DNA of 64,000 nucleotides from Phoronis australis (taxonomy: Eukaryota; Animalia; Phoronida), in the NCBI GenBank assembly GCA_002633005.1, contig NMRA01000415.1, positions 124,001-188,000 of the forward strand. The letters run 5' to 3'. Shown piece by piece: positions 26,201-35,980 of the stretch. The notes beneath the pieces are model-generated. The model was not told where the DNA came from, ran no database searches, and saw only the letters and a list, made by a program, of their open reading frames with translations. A program made the position numbers and the translations under genes. Each line of letters begins with the position of its first letter. The first letter of the stretch is position 1.

Positions 26201-27232
26201 AATACATAAATTGTTATGAAAAGTCAATTCTGTTCCGAAATTTTCAGATGTCCCAACCCAACCCAGATACTCAATCAAGATTTAATTTGCATTTCCCTGG
26301 TCAAAAAATGCCCGTATACCAGCACATCCGCAGACTTTGATTTTGGTTCAAATTTAAAATCAATTATTGTACACTTTTCCAGGTTACAGAAATTGTGAAA
26401 TCCAGGTCAAAATTGTTAACACAGAGGTCGTTACATCAAACACCGCATCCCTTACGTCACAAAATGTTTAAGTACTAGTCCACGAGAGCACCAACCATGA
26501 GCGGCAAGGTGGGGGTCAGCCGATTTTCACCAAATTTGGCACATATGTAGTCCTATGGGATCTATAAACAGCGGTAAAATATTTCCTCAAAATATTGCGT
26601 TTTTCTAAAGTTATAGGTTCAAACACATTTTACGGTTTCGCAGCCATGTTTTCACGGTATAAAAACTGTCCAGTTTTAACTGTTCATATTTTGCCTTGAA
26701 TGAAAGCTATTGCCAAACATTGTCTTTGTGACAGGTACAAAAGAACTTAAGGTATTTTTGTACAGAAAATTGACATAATTATGAAATTCCACCGACGTCT
26801 GCTATACCATGTGTCAAATGGGTGACCCTATACAAAGAAGCTAGACTACGTATCTGGTCAAAAATCGATTCACACTGAAATATCCAAAAATCATGAGAAT
26901 TTAAACTCTTGATCCACCTGCCACAGTTGTCTGGTTAAGGCCACCATTGCTAAGCAAACACACACGTACCAATTCATAGCAAAGGCTCGCAATAATTTGT
27001 ATTTTATCAATTAACACATCATATTAAAGTTTCAGTGCAAATCAACCAACCACTGCCACTCAAACAGAGAAATTACAAACCAATATTCTTTATTTTCGAT
27101 GAACTTGGCTCCCTTTTCCCGCAGCTCTTTCTCAATGCCTATTTGCGAGTAAAACTCAATGACTTGATTGACCAGCTCTGGATCATGCTGGATGGCCAGT
27201 ATTAATTGCTGAAACTCCGTCAATTTTTCCAT
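5073..27232 (-). CDS. STAT: STAT-family transcription factor, multi-exon and divergent. Exons: 27232-27081, 23675-23561, 21571-21485, 20978-20895, 16752-16601, [unresolved exon(s) ~13-16 kb], 12792-12588, 12250-12134, 11806-11714, 9905-9764, 8727-8687, 7081-6987, 6259-6087, 5276-5073; C-terminus unresolved
   Basis: Exons have AG/GT boundaries with matching phases and give STAT domains in order: N-domain (ELREKGAKFIENKEYW; NECLLFERRII), coiled coil (IWKRVQQL...NLNPMQ), DNA-binding (RFLIGK...GNISN; KSVWEQKY; SLPIVVTTQTSQ...LFWDNAFADP), linker (FQVPDRVPWSKV...RGL; VSWSNFWK; FSFWKWF...HLKTAW), SH2 (GFISK...FILRFSDS; EPF...YVYPNRPFDEAF). Confidence 0.92.
6087..6259 (-). CDS. STAT: STAT SH2 exon 1
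   Basis: LVEGFISKKETKKKL...NFILRFSDS...GG; the phosphotyrosine-binding Arg is retained. Confidence 0.93.
6987..7081 (-). CDS. STAT: STAT linker exon
   Basis: KNMDCLQFSFWKWFYAVHNLCVQHLKTAWAL(G), cf. TFWQWFDGV...HLKPHWNDG. Confidence 0.92.
8687..8727 (-). CDS. STAT: STAT linker mini-exon (41 nt)
   Basis: ttttttcag acceptor; (S)NSSREVSWSNFWK; gtcagt donor; phases 1/0 fit both neighbours. Confidence 0.85.
9764..9905 (-). CDS. STAT: STAT linker exon
   Basis: ERTSFQVPDRVPWSKVSRILSERFLKTVGRGLTMNHIACLESKMFG; gtaagt donor. Confidence 0.92.
11714..11806 (-). CDS. STAT: STAT DNA-binding/linker exon (absent from ORF track)
   Basis: IRSLPIVVTTQTSQDWTAAAALFWDNAFADP vs STAT5 TLSLPVVVIVHGSQD..ATATVLWDNAFAEP. 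Confidence 0.93.
12134..12250 (-). CDS. STAT: STAT DNA-binding domain exon (absent from ORF track)
   Basis: ttcacag acceptor; VIGFTRCQGDKKSVWEQKYGLQATVVIPDDGFGHERQLQ (cf. ESVTEEKF); GT donor. Confidence 0.85.
12588..12792 (-). CDS. STAT: STAT DNA-binding domain exon
   Basis: FLIGKTLLGDKAQPNVVLS...GNISNSACPL...SADYSKLQ parallels STAT5 RLLVGGKL...PPQV...GEILNN...SAHFRNM; AG/GT sites present. Confidence 0.85.
14712..15145. repeat. Degenerate ~26-bp minisatellite (ttactgttcatacatctgatcaagcc)n in a STAT intron
   Basis: More than ten recognisable copies of the tgttcatacatctgatcaa core. Confidence 0.9.
16601..16752 (-). CDS. STAT: STAT coiled-coil exon (a second copy lies at 18680-18831)
   Basis: CDQSTPGNL...AITIWKRVQQLQQYITEEPPPNLNPMQK matches the STAT 'WKRRQQ....GPP..LD.LQ' motif. 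Confidence 0.8.
17449..18678 (+). mobile_element. Non-autonomous modular repeat (Helitron/Helentron-like), truncated by an N
   Basis: Begins acaagagc; contains reiterated gccactagg / gaagatacag / aaatttcatg modules shared with 21961-23262. Confidence 0.65.
18680..19543. repeat. Diverged duplicate of 16601-17434 (contains a STAT exon); probably the alternative haplotype
   Basis: Collinear similarity with SNPs and indels; starts immediately after the N at 18679. Confidence 0.88.
20895..20978 (-). CDS. STAT: STAT coiled-coil exon
   Basis: ttccag acceptor; GLIPDTKQIEDIIMECGVKTQELKSELL; gtgagt donor; phase 0/0. Confidence 0.7.
21485..21571 (-). CDS. STAT: STAT N-domain exon
   Basis: tttcag acceptor; KRYPNNKSLGDLLNECLLFERRIINKLNE resembles the STAT 'Y..NP..L...CL..E.RI' segment; GT donor. 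Confidence 0.78.
21961..23262 (+). mobile_element. Full-length-looking modular repeat (Helitron/Helentron-like)
   Basis: 5' acaagagc, internal tandem modules, and a 3' hairpin ccacata-taaat-tatgtgg followed by gcgcataaaaa. The same 3' end occurs at ~5820 (+) and ~37232-37265 (-). Superfamily is inferred from architecture. Confidence 0.7.
23561..23675 (-). CDS. STAT: STAT N-domain exon
   Basis: ctatag acceptor; (W)RNAAEMNPYQDTLYEDLKRYL...DRYLK; gtatgt donor. Confidence 0.72.
25669..25765. promoter_or_regulatory. Cluster of ISRE/IRF-type motifs in a STAT intron
   Basis: GGTTTCAGTTTCAGTTTCG at 25747, CAGTTTCAGTTCC at 25681 and ACTGAAACTG at ~25669. Motif match only. Confidence 0.4.
27081..27232 (-). 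CDS. STAT: STAT first coding exon (N-domain)
   Basis: ATG at 27232, MEKLTEFQQL...ELREKGAKFIENKEYW, phase-2 GT donor matching the next exon. Confidence 0.8.
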
Positions 27233-28847
27233 TGCTCCTACAAAAACAAAATTTCAACATAACCAGGGATCAACATCAGCGAGTAAACGTATGAAACACG
27301 AGTGGAAAAAGTAAACAGGAGTATAGAAATTTGACCTGTGCGGGCACAGACGTTCGACGTGTTTTGGTGGCTAGATTTTACAAGCCTAAATCCAGAAATA
27401 CAAGTAGCAAATACAGCTTAGATGGCCTTCGCAAGTCCAGTGCACTTCGGGTGCCAGACTGCATGCCTGCAATCTTTCTTTTTCAGACACACAGAGGCAA
27501 TTATATACCACCAATACAGCCATGTACAGACTGAACCATTCCACAATCCAGCTGACACACATATTTAACTATCAAAAAACGTTGTCGGGGAGATTTTCTG
27601 TGATGCCACTAAAACAGTGCTGTGGCTTTTTTGAGCGACGCGGCTTAATGGCTTAACTTCACCTCGCTAGTTTCCAAATTTCAGGTCGATTCCTTGAGGC
27701 CGCAGATGTTTTAACTTCCTTCCAACTAGAACAAATATTTCGGTAATCAAATCTTTTTTGAGCAATCTTTCGTTCAGTTGCCCAAATTGCAACTGGCCAT
27801 TACCGTGCCTGCCAGGATAAGCGCACACAGTGTTAAAAATGGCCAGTTGCCAATTTGAGCACAATTAAAAGGACTGCTCGAAAAAGTTTGATTACGGAAG
27901 CATATCTTAGAGTTCAAAGGAATTAAAGATTTCGATGGCCTAAGGTGACCCTCTATGTGCAAAAGTAGTTTCTTTAAAGCAAGGTGACAATTTGGAGGCT
28001 TGAGGCATAATTCGCTGAAAAGCTTATAATTAAGGTTCTTAAAGCGCATGAAGTCCCTATGAGTGCATCACATCTGTACAGTTAAGTAGAGACTGTGGCA
28101 CTGTCTACGAATAATCTAGATGATGTGTTCGCAATATGGCCACGGTGGGCTGGTAATAGGAGTCGGTAAATAAACACTGCCTGGGCCTGGCTGCGCAGGA
28201 CCTAACCTTGGTACAAAGCTGTAAATAAATATACAGCTTTGCACCAATGCGGGTAAAAAAGTGGTAAGATAAAATCTGACACAAAATTATTGTCATTAAA
28301 AACTACAGCCTTCCTTGAGTAAATTAAATTATTTAACGGTGTTGGCAAAAATGGCGTTCTACCGTTATTCAGGTGCTAAAGTTGTGGAGCGATCTTTAGT
28401 GACGGCTTTCGCCGCCATGAAATTTTGCGTCACCTATTGGCCAGTTTCTTTTTTCGCCGATTCTTCAATCATCTGTAGTTCTTTCACAAGGTTGCGTACA
28501 CATCACAAAAAATTATCAGAACTGGTTTCATTTCATTAAAATTTTTTAGAATTTTGGTACCGAAAAAATGAATTTCAGAAGCAATTTTGTTGCTGCCAAG
28601 CTATCATCATCTCCCGAGAGATGTCGCAAAAAATTTAGGAAATGGCGTGTGCGTGTGACACGAGCGTACTGTTTTCAAAACGACGAAATACTTATCATTG
28701 TTAGAAAAGGCAGAGAGTTACGCAAGAAAATGACGTTTATTGCATTGTTTTTCACTTAAACGGCTGTAACGGGCAAGGTGAGTGTCGGTTGACTCCCAGA
28801 TTTTGCATGCACACCGTCCCGTCTTTAGCTTTACATGTTGATACAAG

Positions 28848-29366
28848 TGTTGTAGACGTGCTTCCGGTGAATTATATGAGCCTCTGTTAGCTACTCGCTA
28901 ACGGGCAATTGCCTATTAGCTGAATGGTTAGCACGCTTGCCGGTTTTATGGGGGTCGCGGGTTCGATCCCCGGGTCGGGTGATCTCTTGATCGGCTATTA
29001 CTACAAATGGCGTAGTCGGCAAACGGATGATCTACCGATGAAGCACTGCCAACTAGTACCCACGGACCTCGGGACAGCGCGCGTGGAAGGTTCCAGGAGT
29101 CAAGGACCTGTATGAGAGACGACGTGTGTTCACCTGTGTTGTGGTGGTAAAGGTACCAAGGGACATTGATGACCTGTATGCGAGACATCCTGGTGTTCAC
29201 CTTCCTGTCGCGTGCCCGTTCCGTAGGAAAGGGGGGAATGTTGTAGATGTACTTCCGGTGAATTATATGAGCCTCTGTTAGCTACTCGCTAACGGGCAAT
29301 TGCCTATTAGCTGAATGGTTAGCACGCTTGCCGGTTTTATGGGGGTCGATCTCGGCTATTACTACA
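28848..29366 (+). mobile_element. TRIM (miniature non-autonomous LTR retrotransposon) with a tRNA-like sequence in its LTRs
   Basis: LTR1 28848-29005 and LTR2 29239-29366, both TGTTGTA...TACTACA; PBS TGGCGTAGTCGGCA at 29008 (complementary to the tRNA-Ser 3' end); PPT GGAAAGGGGGGAA before LTR2; 4-bp TSD CAAG on both sides. Confidence 0.93.
28911..28980 (+). promoter_or_regulatory. tRNA-derived Pol III promoter inside the 5' LTR (not a functional tRNA)
   Basis: A box TAGCTGAATGG (28917), B box GGTTCGATCCC (28960), T-arm CGGG/CCCG; acceptor and anticodon stems are degenerate. Confidence 0.8.
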
Positions 29367-31601
29367 CAAGTTTCACGGCGCGGTGACGAGCAGAACTACA
29401 CTGGCTGCGTGCAATTTCGGGTCTTCATTAGTTCATACAGGTAGCTGGCTGGCTACGCAGGACCATAACTAACTGTCGTACCGTGATGTGGCTCACTTAA
29501 GAAAATTCACTAAGCAATTTCGAATCAGCGATGTAATGTAAAAATATATAGTATGGTAAATGCAGTCGTATTCCAAAAAAATTAAAAGTTCTTGAGGAAA
29601 ACGATGCATACCAACCAACCAGGTTTCAAAGCAGTCCACAGTAGTACAGTCAACAATCACGTTTAGCTTCCTTGTTAGTGTTGACATTCAACATTAATCA
29701 AGAGATTCCAGAATCTTAAAATAATTTTACAAATATTCTTTGTTCTACGCAATATTTATCCAGATTACACAAAAAATAATTAAAAAAAATATTGATTGTT
29801 AAATTTTCTAAATTAAATCATACCTAAAATAAAAATATCATAAACTAATTTTTGTTTTGACATTATATTTTCGGTTGCTTTTTCTTGGAAATTTTACTCG
29901 AACATTTCCGTAAGATACGGAAAGAAGCGAACATAAGTCGCACAAGTTTTGCTACGTCACCGTTTTCGGGAAAATGGTTGCGCCTGTGATTCAAATATTT
30001 CCTCGGCTAACATCGGAATACTAGCCAAGTTATGAACAGAGATGACATCAACTTTGGTACGTAGTTAGTTAAAATAACAAATTGGTGTGAATCAAAGCAA
30101 GGTATGGGTTATTGTTTACAATCCGACTCCATTAATGTACACCCATGGTATCAGTATTTTCTGAATCCTCTCGTCATGCACATTTCAAAAACGAGTTCCA
30201 CGACAGTAGCATTTTCACTGGCATAAATGCCATGAATACAGTCGAGAGGTGTCGCAAAGCGACGTGAACGTGAATTTATTACGAATTTATAATACTACCT
30301 CGTACATGCCATAGTAGCTAGTTTTGTATTACTGCAGGTTCACTAGCTAGCCCTCTAGAAGTACTCACCACTTAAAACACAGCTATTCAACTCAGGCTTC
30401 AGTAAAACCCAATCCAGGTGCCCATCCCTGACATCCTGATTGCTTGCTGAAAGACTGCCAGCAGGGTTCCCGCCAGCAGTATAAATAAAAGAAGCATCCG
30501 GGGAACCATAAAACTGACAAATCACAAGACACCACCGAAAGATAAAGGACGAATGATGTTGACGATTACAACACTAGTATTTTACACAAACACAGAAAGC
30601 CTGTGGCCCCTTGTTAATTCTTATTTAGTCAGACATCAAAAACATTTTATTTTGATACTGACGATAGGGTTCTCAATCTTTCTTCTTCAACGTATTTATA
30701 TTTAGCGCCTCTAGCAGATATGTACAATGATAACTGGACACCTTACCTGTACTCAGTTATTCAGTTCACGTTTAGTTTCACGTTCACGTGAAAATATAGC
30801 TGTTGGGTTTAAGAAACTCATTTTTGTTACTGTAATGTGCCTGAGTCAACACGTGCAATTACGTATGCCATGCGTCATAACTCACGGTCACATCGCTTTG
30901 TAAAACCCATCTAATACTAGCCAGCCAGCGGCACTAGTCGGAAGAAGCGGTCCCACCTTAAACTTCTTTAATTTAGGAAAAAAAAACTTTAAGCTGTCCG
31001 TCATTCAGTTGCCCAAATTGGAACTGCTCATTATTGCTCTGCACTTGCCAGTGGATGTGAATCTTTTGCTTAGTCATCTTAAGCAAGGATCTGAACCAAA
31101 GATGCTGCCTCGGGCAAATACTGGTCTTTGAAGTACATATACAAAATTTATAAGTACCCCATCCTACTCCTATAGTCGTATGTCATAACAAGACTGTTCC
31201 ACCTGTCATTACAGGGTTACAGTGAGCCGGTGCCCCTGGATGAGTTACCTTCTGATGCTGATTCCAGGGACAATGATGCAAGATTATGGGTTGGCAACAT
31301 GGATACCAGGGTAACAGAGTAAGTAAGCTGCGAAAACTTGAAGCCCAGCACCATGATTTTCTTGCAACATACCTCTGGGAAGAAATCCAGTTATGACAGG
31401 ACTTGCACATCATTTTTTCACACCCTTATCTTCCACTTTGTTCTCATTCAACAAAATCGTTACCATAAACATTCTAGGGTGTGGAACAGTCTCCAAAATT
31501 TGAGACACTGAAGTTCAAGCTGGAAATAAATTTTCTTTTGTGCAAATTGGGACAATTTTGACGTTCATCGCATTTTTTAAATATGCCGGGACATTGTGTT
31601 A

Positions 31602-32171
31602 GGGCTGTTCCAGCAAAATCTGTGTGGGAGGGGGGGAAGGCAACTGAAATAAAAATTTATGGGTGGTTGCGTTTGATTTAAATTCAAAATGGCTGGTGTT
31701 CGTACTTCAAAAAAAATTAAAATTTACAGGTTTGTTGTTGTTTCATTGGGCCATAAATGTTTGATGGTGGGTAATTTTAGTAAATTTTATAAACAATCCG
31801 CACAGAATCAAAAACTGGAACAAAAATGCAACTTGCAAAAAGTTCCGACTTTTTCACTCCCTCCGATCTCCTCATCGGCATGCCCATAACACCATTTAAG
31901 CACAGGTGCTCGAATTTCTCGATGGCTTATAACCATATATAAGAAACATATGTTTTCTTAGTAATGAATGACGTTAGTGGTGATGGAGGAACAGATAAAC
32001 TCAAGTGCCTGTGCAGTCAACCACAAAAACAAAAAAATTACGGGTGGTTGCATTTCAAACTTATAAAAAATTACGGGTGGTAGGCTGAAGAAATAAATGA
32101 AAAATATGGGTGGTGGGTGCGAAAAAAAGGTGCCTTCCCCCCCTCCCAAACAGATTTTACTGGAACAGCCC
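31602..32171. mobile_element. MITE with ~40-bp TIRs, PIF/Harbinger (Tourist)-like
   Basis: gggctgttccagcaaaatctgtgtgggagg...aaggca pairs with tgccttcccc...cccaaacagattttactggaacagccc; flanked by TTA and TAA. Confidence 0.85.
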
Positions 32172-33117
32172 TAAGTAAATCAATGAAACTAGAACATCTG
32201 TAGCCTATACAGTATCACATTAATCCCAAAATTTTGGACGTGGCAAATTTTCTGTCTTATAATTCCTGAATTTGGATCAAAATTCCCATCGGCTTGAAGC
32301 TTTTCGTTCATGGTCCGAAATTTTTTTTCTTCAAATCTAAGGAATAAATCGGCCTTCTGTCAAAAAATGAACTTTTGATTTTGACCACTTCATGGTATTG
32401 GTGTCGAATACTTGCTTCATGGAATTGGTGTCTACTTTTTCCTTGGTCATAGAGGTGTACTCTGGTCTTTGGAACATCCGGCGACAGGGCCGTGACTGAT
32501 TACACTGCAGTGGAACTCTCCTTTGTCCCTGAGATAAGAAAGCACGTGAGCTTGTTTTGAAAATCAGGCATATGTTCGTGTCTCTCATTGATGTTGACAA
32601 CGCGAAGAATTTCAGATCATGCATCCACGGGTATTTATCCAGTTTATCAAATTAGCTTTTTCACGTCGAATTTGCTGCCGACAGCACAGCAGCAATACTG
32701 GTCAGTTATTGCATGCACTGATATGGTCTCAAACAAACAATAACCAACCTTCATCTCTAATTAAGCCCAGAAATTACGTCTCATCGGAATGAGGAACAAC
32801 TTACAGTGGCTATAAATTTCCATACCGTCGCAGAAAATAATTTTTATTTGGTCTCTAGGCTCACGTTAGACTTTCAAAGATGTTAGCCAAAATGGCTAAT
32901 GCATCTAAAAACCTTTAGCCATTTTCAAAAATTATTAGCCAAACGCATTCCCTTTTTCCAACCCACGCTATGGATAAAAGTGATGACCGAACTTTTTATT
33001 TTTCATGTGATGCACAGGTCCTTTTCACAATGTTCCATAAGTTAAGATGTTTGCCGAAAAAAGCAAATGAACTTCATTCATAGGTCAGATGACGGGCCCG
33101 AAATGGAGCATTCGAAT

Positions 33118-33788
33118 TAAAATGACGAGCGTTGGTACTAAAATATATTAAAATATCCACGTATCGAGCGATGCGCTCTTTCTCAAGGGTGTGCTACAAA
33201 CTGCTGAAAATATGTGGATAGATCTAAAATAAAATGACACAGGGGACCACATAGTGACATACAATAAACGTGAACATTCTGAACACAACAGGACATAGCA
33301 ACTACCAGTGGGGTAGGGAGAGAGGGAGAGAGAGAGAGATACCCAAACAGAGACATATGCAGCTACTGGAGTCTATTCACTAGACTTGTAGACTCCAGTA
33401 GCTGCGTACGTCTCTGTTTGGATCTCTCTCTCTCTTTCGTCATACGTAGGCCTACCCCACTGATAGTTGCTACCACTTAGCCGACCCAAGTGCCGACCAC
33501 AGAGGCGACTCAGCAGACGGCTCCTAGCCGACCGTTGTTGGTCGGCTGCTGGTAGGCTAGACGACCGGTCGACGGCCGGTCGTCGACCAATTTTCGTGAT
33601 GTGTGCTGTATGTCCTGTTGTGTTCACATTGTTCACATTTATTGTATGTCACTATGTGATCCCCTGTGCCATTTTATTTTAGATCTATCCACGTTTTCAA
33701 CAGTCTGTAGCACATCCTTGAGAAAGTGGGCATCGCTTGATACGTGGGGATATTTTAATATATTTTAGTACCAACGCTCGTCATTTTA
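33118..33788. repeat. ~670-bp foldback palindrome with ~260-bp arms and a nested insert (33473-33608) in the right arm
   Basis: taaaatgacgagcgttggtactaaaatatattaaaatatcc... is reverse-complemented at ...ttttagtaccaacgctcgtcatttta; centre at ~33380. Confidence 0.93.
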
Positions 33789-33855
33789 GTTCTGGTAGTT
33801 TTACTTTTTTGTGAGCCTTATTTGAATGTATGTCAGAGAATAGTAGTTATTTCAG

Positions 33856-35980
33856 ATTCAACATGCTGAAGATACTTCAAAAGTACGGAGCACTCAAAAG
33901 ACTGGACTTTCTGTACAACAGAGTTGGCCCTGATAAAGGCAAACCCCGTGGCTATTGTTTTGTAACCTACACCTGTAAGGAGGATGCAGAGAGGGCCAAG
34001 AAAGCTTTGAATGGCAAGGTTGGTTTTGTGGATGTATTATTTTCTGTGCTGGTGGTAATTTATGCACGAGGTCATCCAAACCAGAGGATGTTAGACTACG
34101 TTTCTCACGCAACAACACGTGAGTGAAGGTCAAGTATGCTGGATACTTCACTAACGCAATCTAGTGCCAAAATGATAGCTACTGAAATGATTGGTAGGTG
34201 AGGTTGGAATGTTGATTTATGGGGTAGACTTCATGATTTATGGGATAAACTTCATGAATTATGGGATAGCATTTATTGTTTCGATGATGAACATTTTTTG
34301 TCGCAAGTGCAAGGTGGCGGTGAAACTTGAGATTTTGAATTGAGGACTGTTGTGGTGACCCCTTAACTACATTTTACATCTTGTGTAAAAGGATACCAAA
34401 CACAGTTTTGGCCTATTATACATACTAAAAATGACTTTCCCATCCAGTTCTTTGAAGTAAATTAATGCTCTGTACCCTCGACAATCCTCAAAAGTTTGGA
34501 GGAAAATTTGAAAGTTCCCTTTGAAGTCTGCTAAAGTTGCAAGCGTGACCTACGCTTATAGCGAATTACACGGCAACTGTGGGGAAAGACCATAACGTCC
34601 AATCTGTGACACAGGGAGTATAAGTTTTTCATTGATTCCCACCCTAAACTTAGAAGATTAATGCCAACGATGCACCACCAGGTGGCAGAACAAAGATTGC
34701 TCGAAATCATCAAAACGAGATTTAGTATCCTTTAAAGCTGAAGTTAGCCTTACAAGGTTTACTTTTTTCAAGGTGGTTCTGTCCAAGAGGTTATTTGTCA
34801 AGGAGGCCCACATCCAGACTGAGGTAAGTTTAATACCTGTACTATGATGCAAAACATCGGTGCCTAGTATACACGTATGTTAGTCTTTAAACTCAAAGCT
34901 ACAAGGTGAAGCACCAGTGCTTTTCCTTCACTTCTAACTGTTGCAGCTACCTTGTGTCATCGCATTCTTGTCTTCTCGTACCTTACATGAAGCTAGAAAC
35001 ATATCGTTTTCACTGCACTGTAGGTCGGTGTATATCAACACTTTGCAGTGATCATGTTCCTTAAAGCCACACTCCCCAGACTTTTCCATGCCTTACAAAA
35101 ATAATCGCACATAATAGTTATGAGATGAAAAGAGCATCATGTCTGTTCCCTATTCCCAGCTCTTAACGTCAACTCGGTACACTAATATTGGATGAGCTGT
35201 TGATGTCAGACACAAAGCAAGCTAAGGGAAGTCCAGTTCGCAGTGTCTTGCTGCAGCCATCACTAACACTAATTCCTGACCTATTCAGCATACGATATGG
35301 CGGACGAGTGAAATTTTATTTTGTCAATTTTTTTCTGAAAAAAAAGATTAAGAACATTTCGGTTTGTTGCGGACTTGGTTTTAAGTTGTTGTCATAAAAC
35401 AATAATTGGTAAAGTCTCCATTATGTGCAGCATGGTAATAAGCTTTGAAACACGGGAACAGGGATATTTTAGGCATTATATTTATGGAAAGTACGTGGAG
35501 AATTTCCATACTAGTCAAAGCTGTTGTCTGTACATGACGTCATGTGGCCCGAATCTTCTAGGTTGTCTATTTATAGCACATGCTGTTGGTAAGGTGTCGT
35601 GTTTATCTAAGGTTTATCTATCTTGTTTGTGACTTCTCATTTAAGGATATTTAACCTTGATGGTACTCCTTTAAAACTGGTAATGTACTGATATATAATT
35701 GTATGTACTAATAACATTAGAAATCGTTATTTAGGGACCTGTAAAACAGGAAATAAAACCTGCGTCATGCTCTGTCAGTGCAGAGGACAAGATCAAAGCA
35801 ATAGAAGCCAAACTGAAGAGTATGGAGAAGTCGAAAGAGGAATTTTCTATTGCTCAACAGAATCTCCCTGTGGTGGTTAGGCAGAGAGAGACACCTGGTG
35901 CACATAGGCAGAACTCTGACAGAGTGACATCTGGTAGACACTCAGGACATCATCCATATAAAAAGGCTGTGGATAGGTGA
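33856..35980 (+). CDS. RBM18: RNA-binding protein RBM18-like; exons 33856-34018, 34773-34823, 35735-35980; first coding exon not located
   Basis: FNMLKILQKYG..KRLDFLY...GP.KGKPRGYCFVTY...EDAERAKKALNGK | VVLSKRLFVKEAH | ...KIKAIEAKLKSME...HPY; canonical splice sites in phase; stop at 35978-35980. Confidence 0.92.

Noticed and set aside
28911-28980. Functional tRNA gene
   Set aside because: Acceptor and anticodon stems do not pair well, and the sequence is embedded in an LTR.
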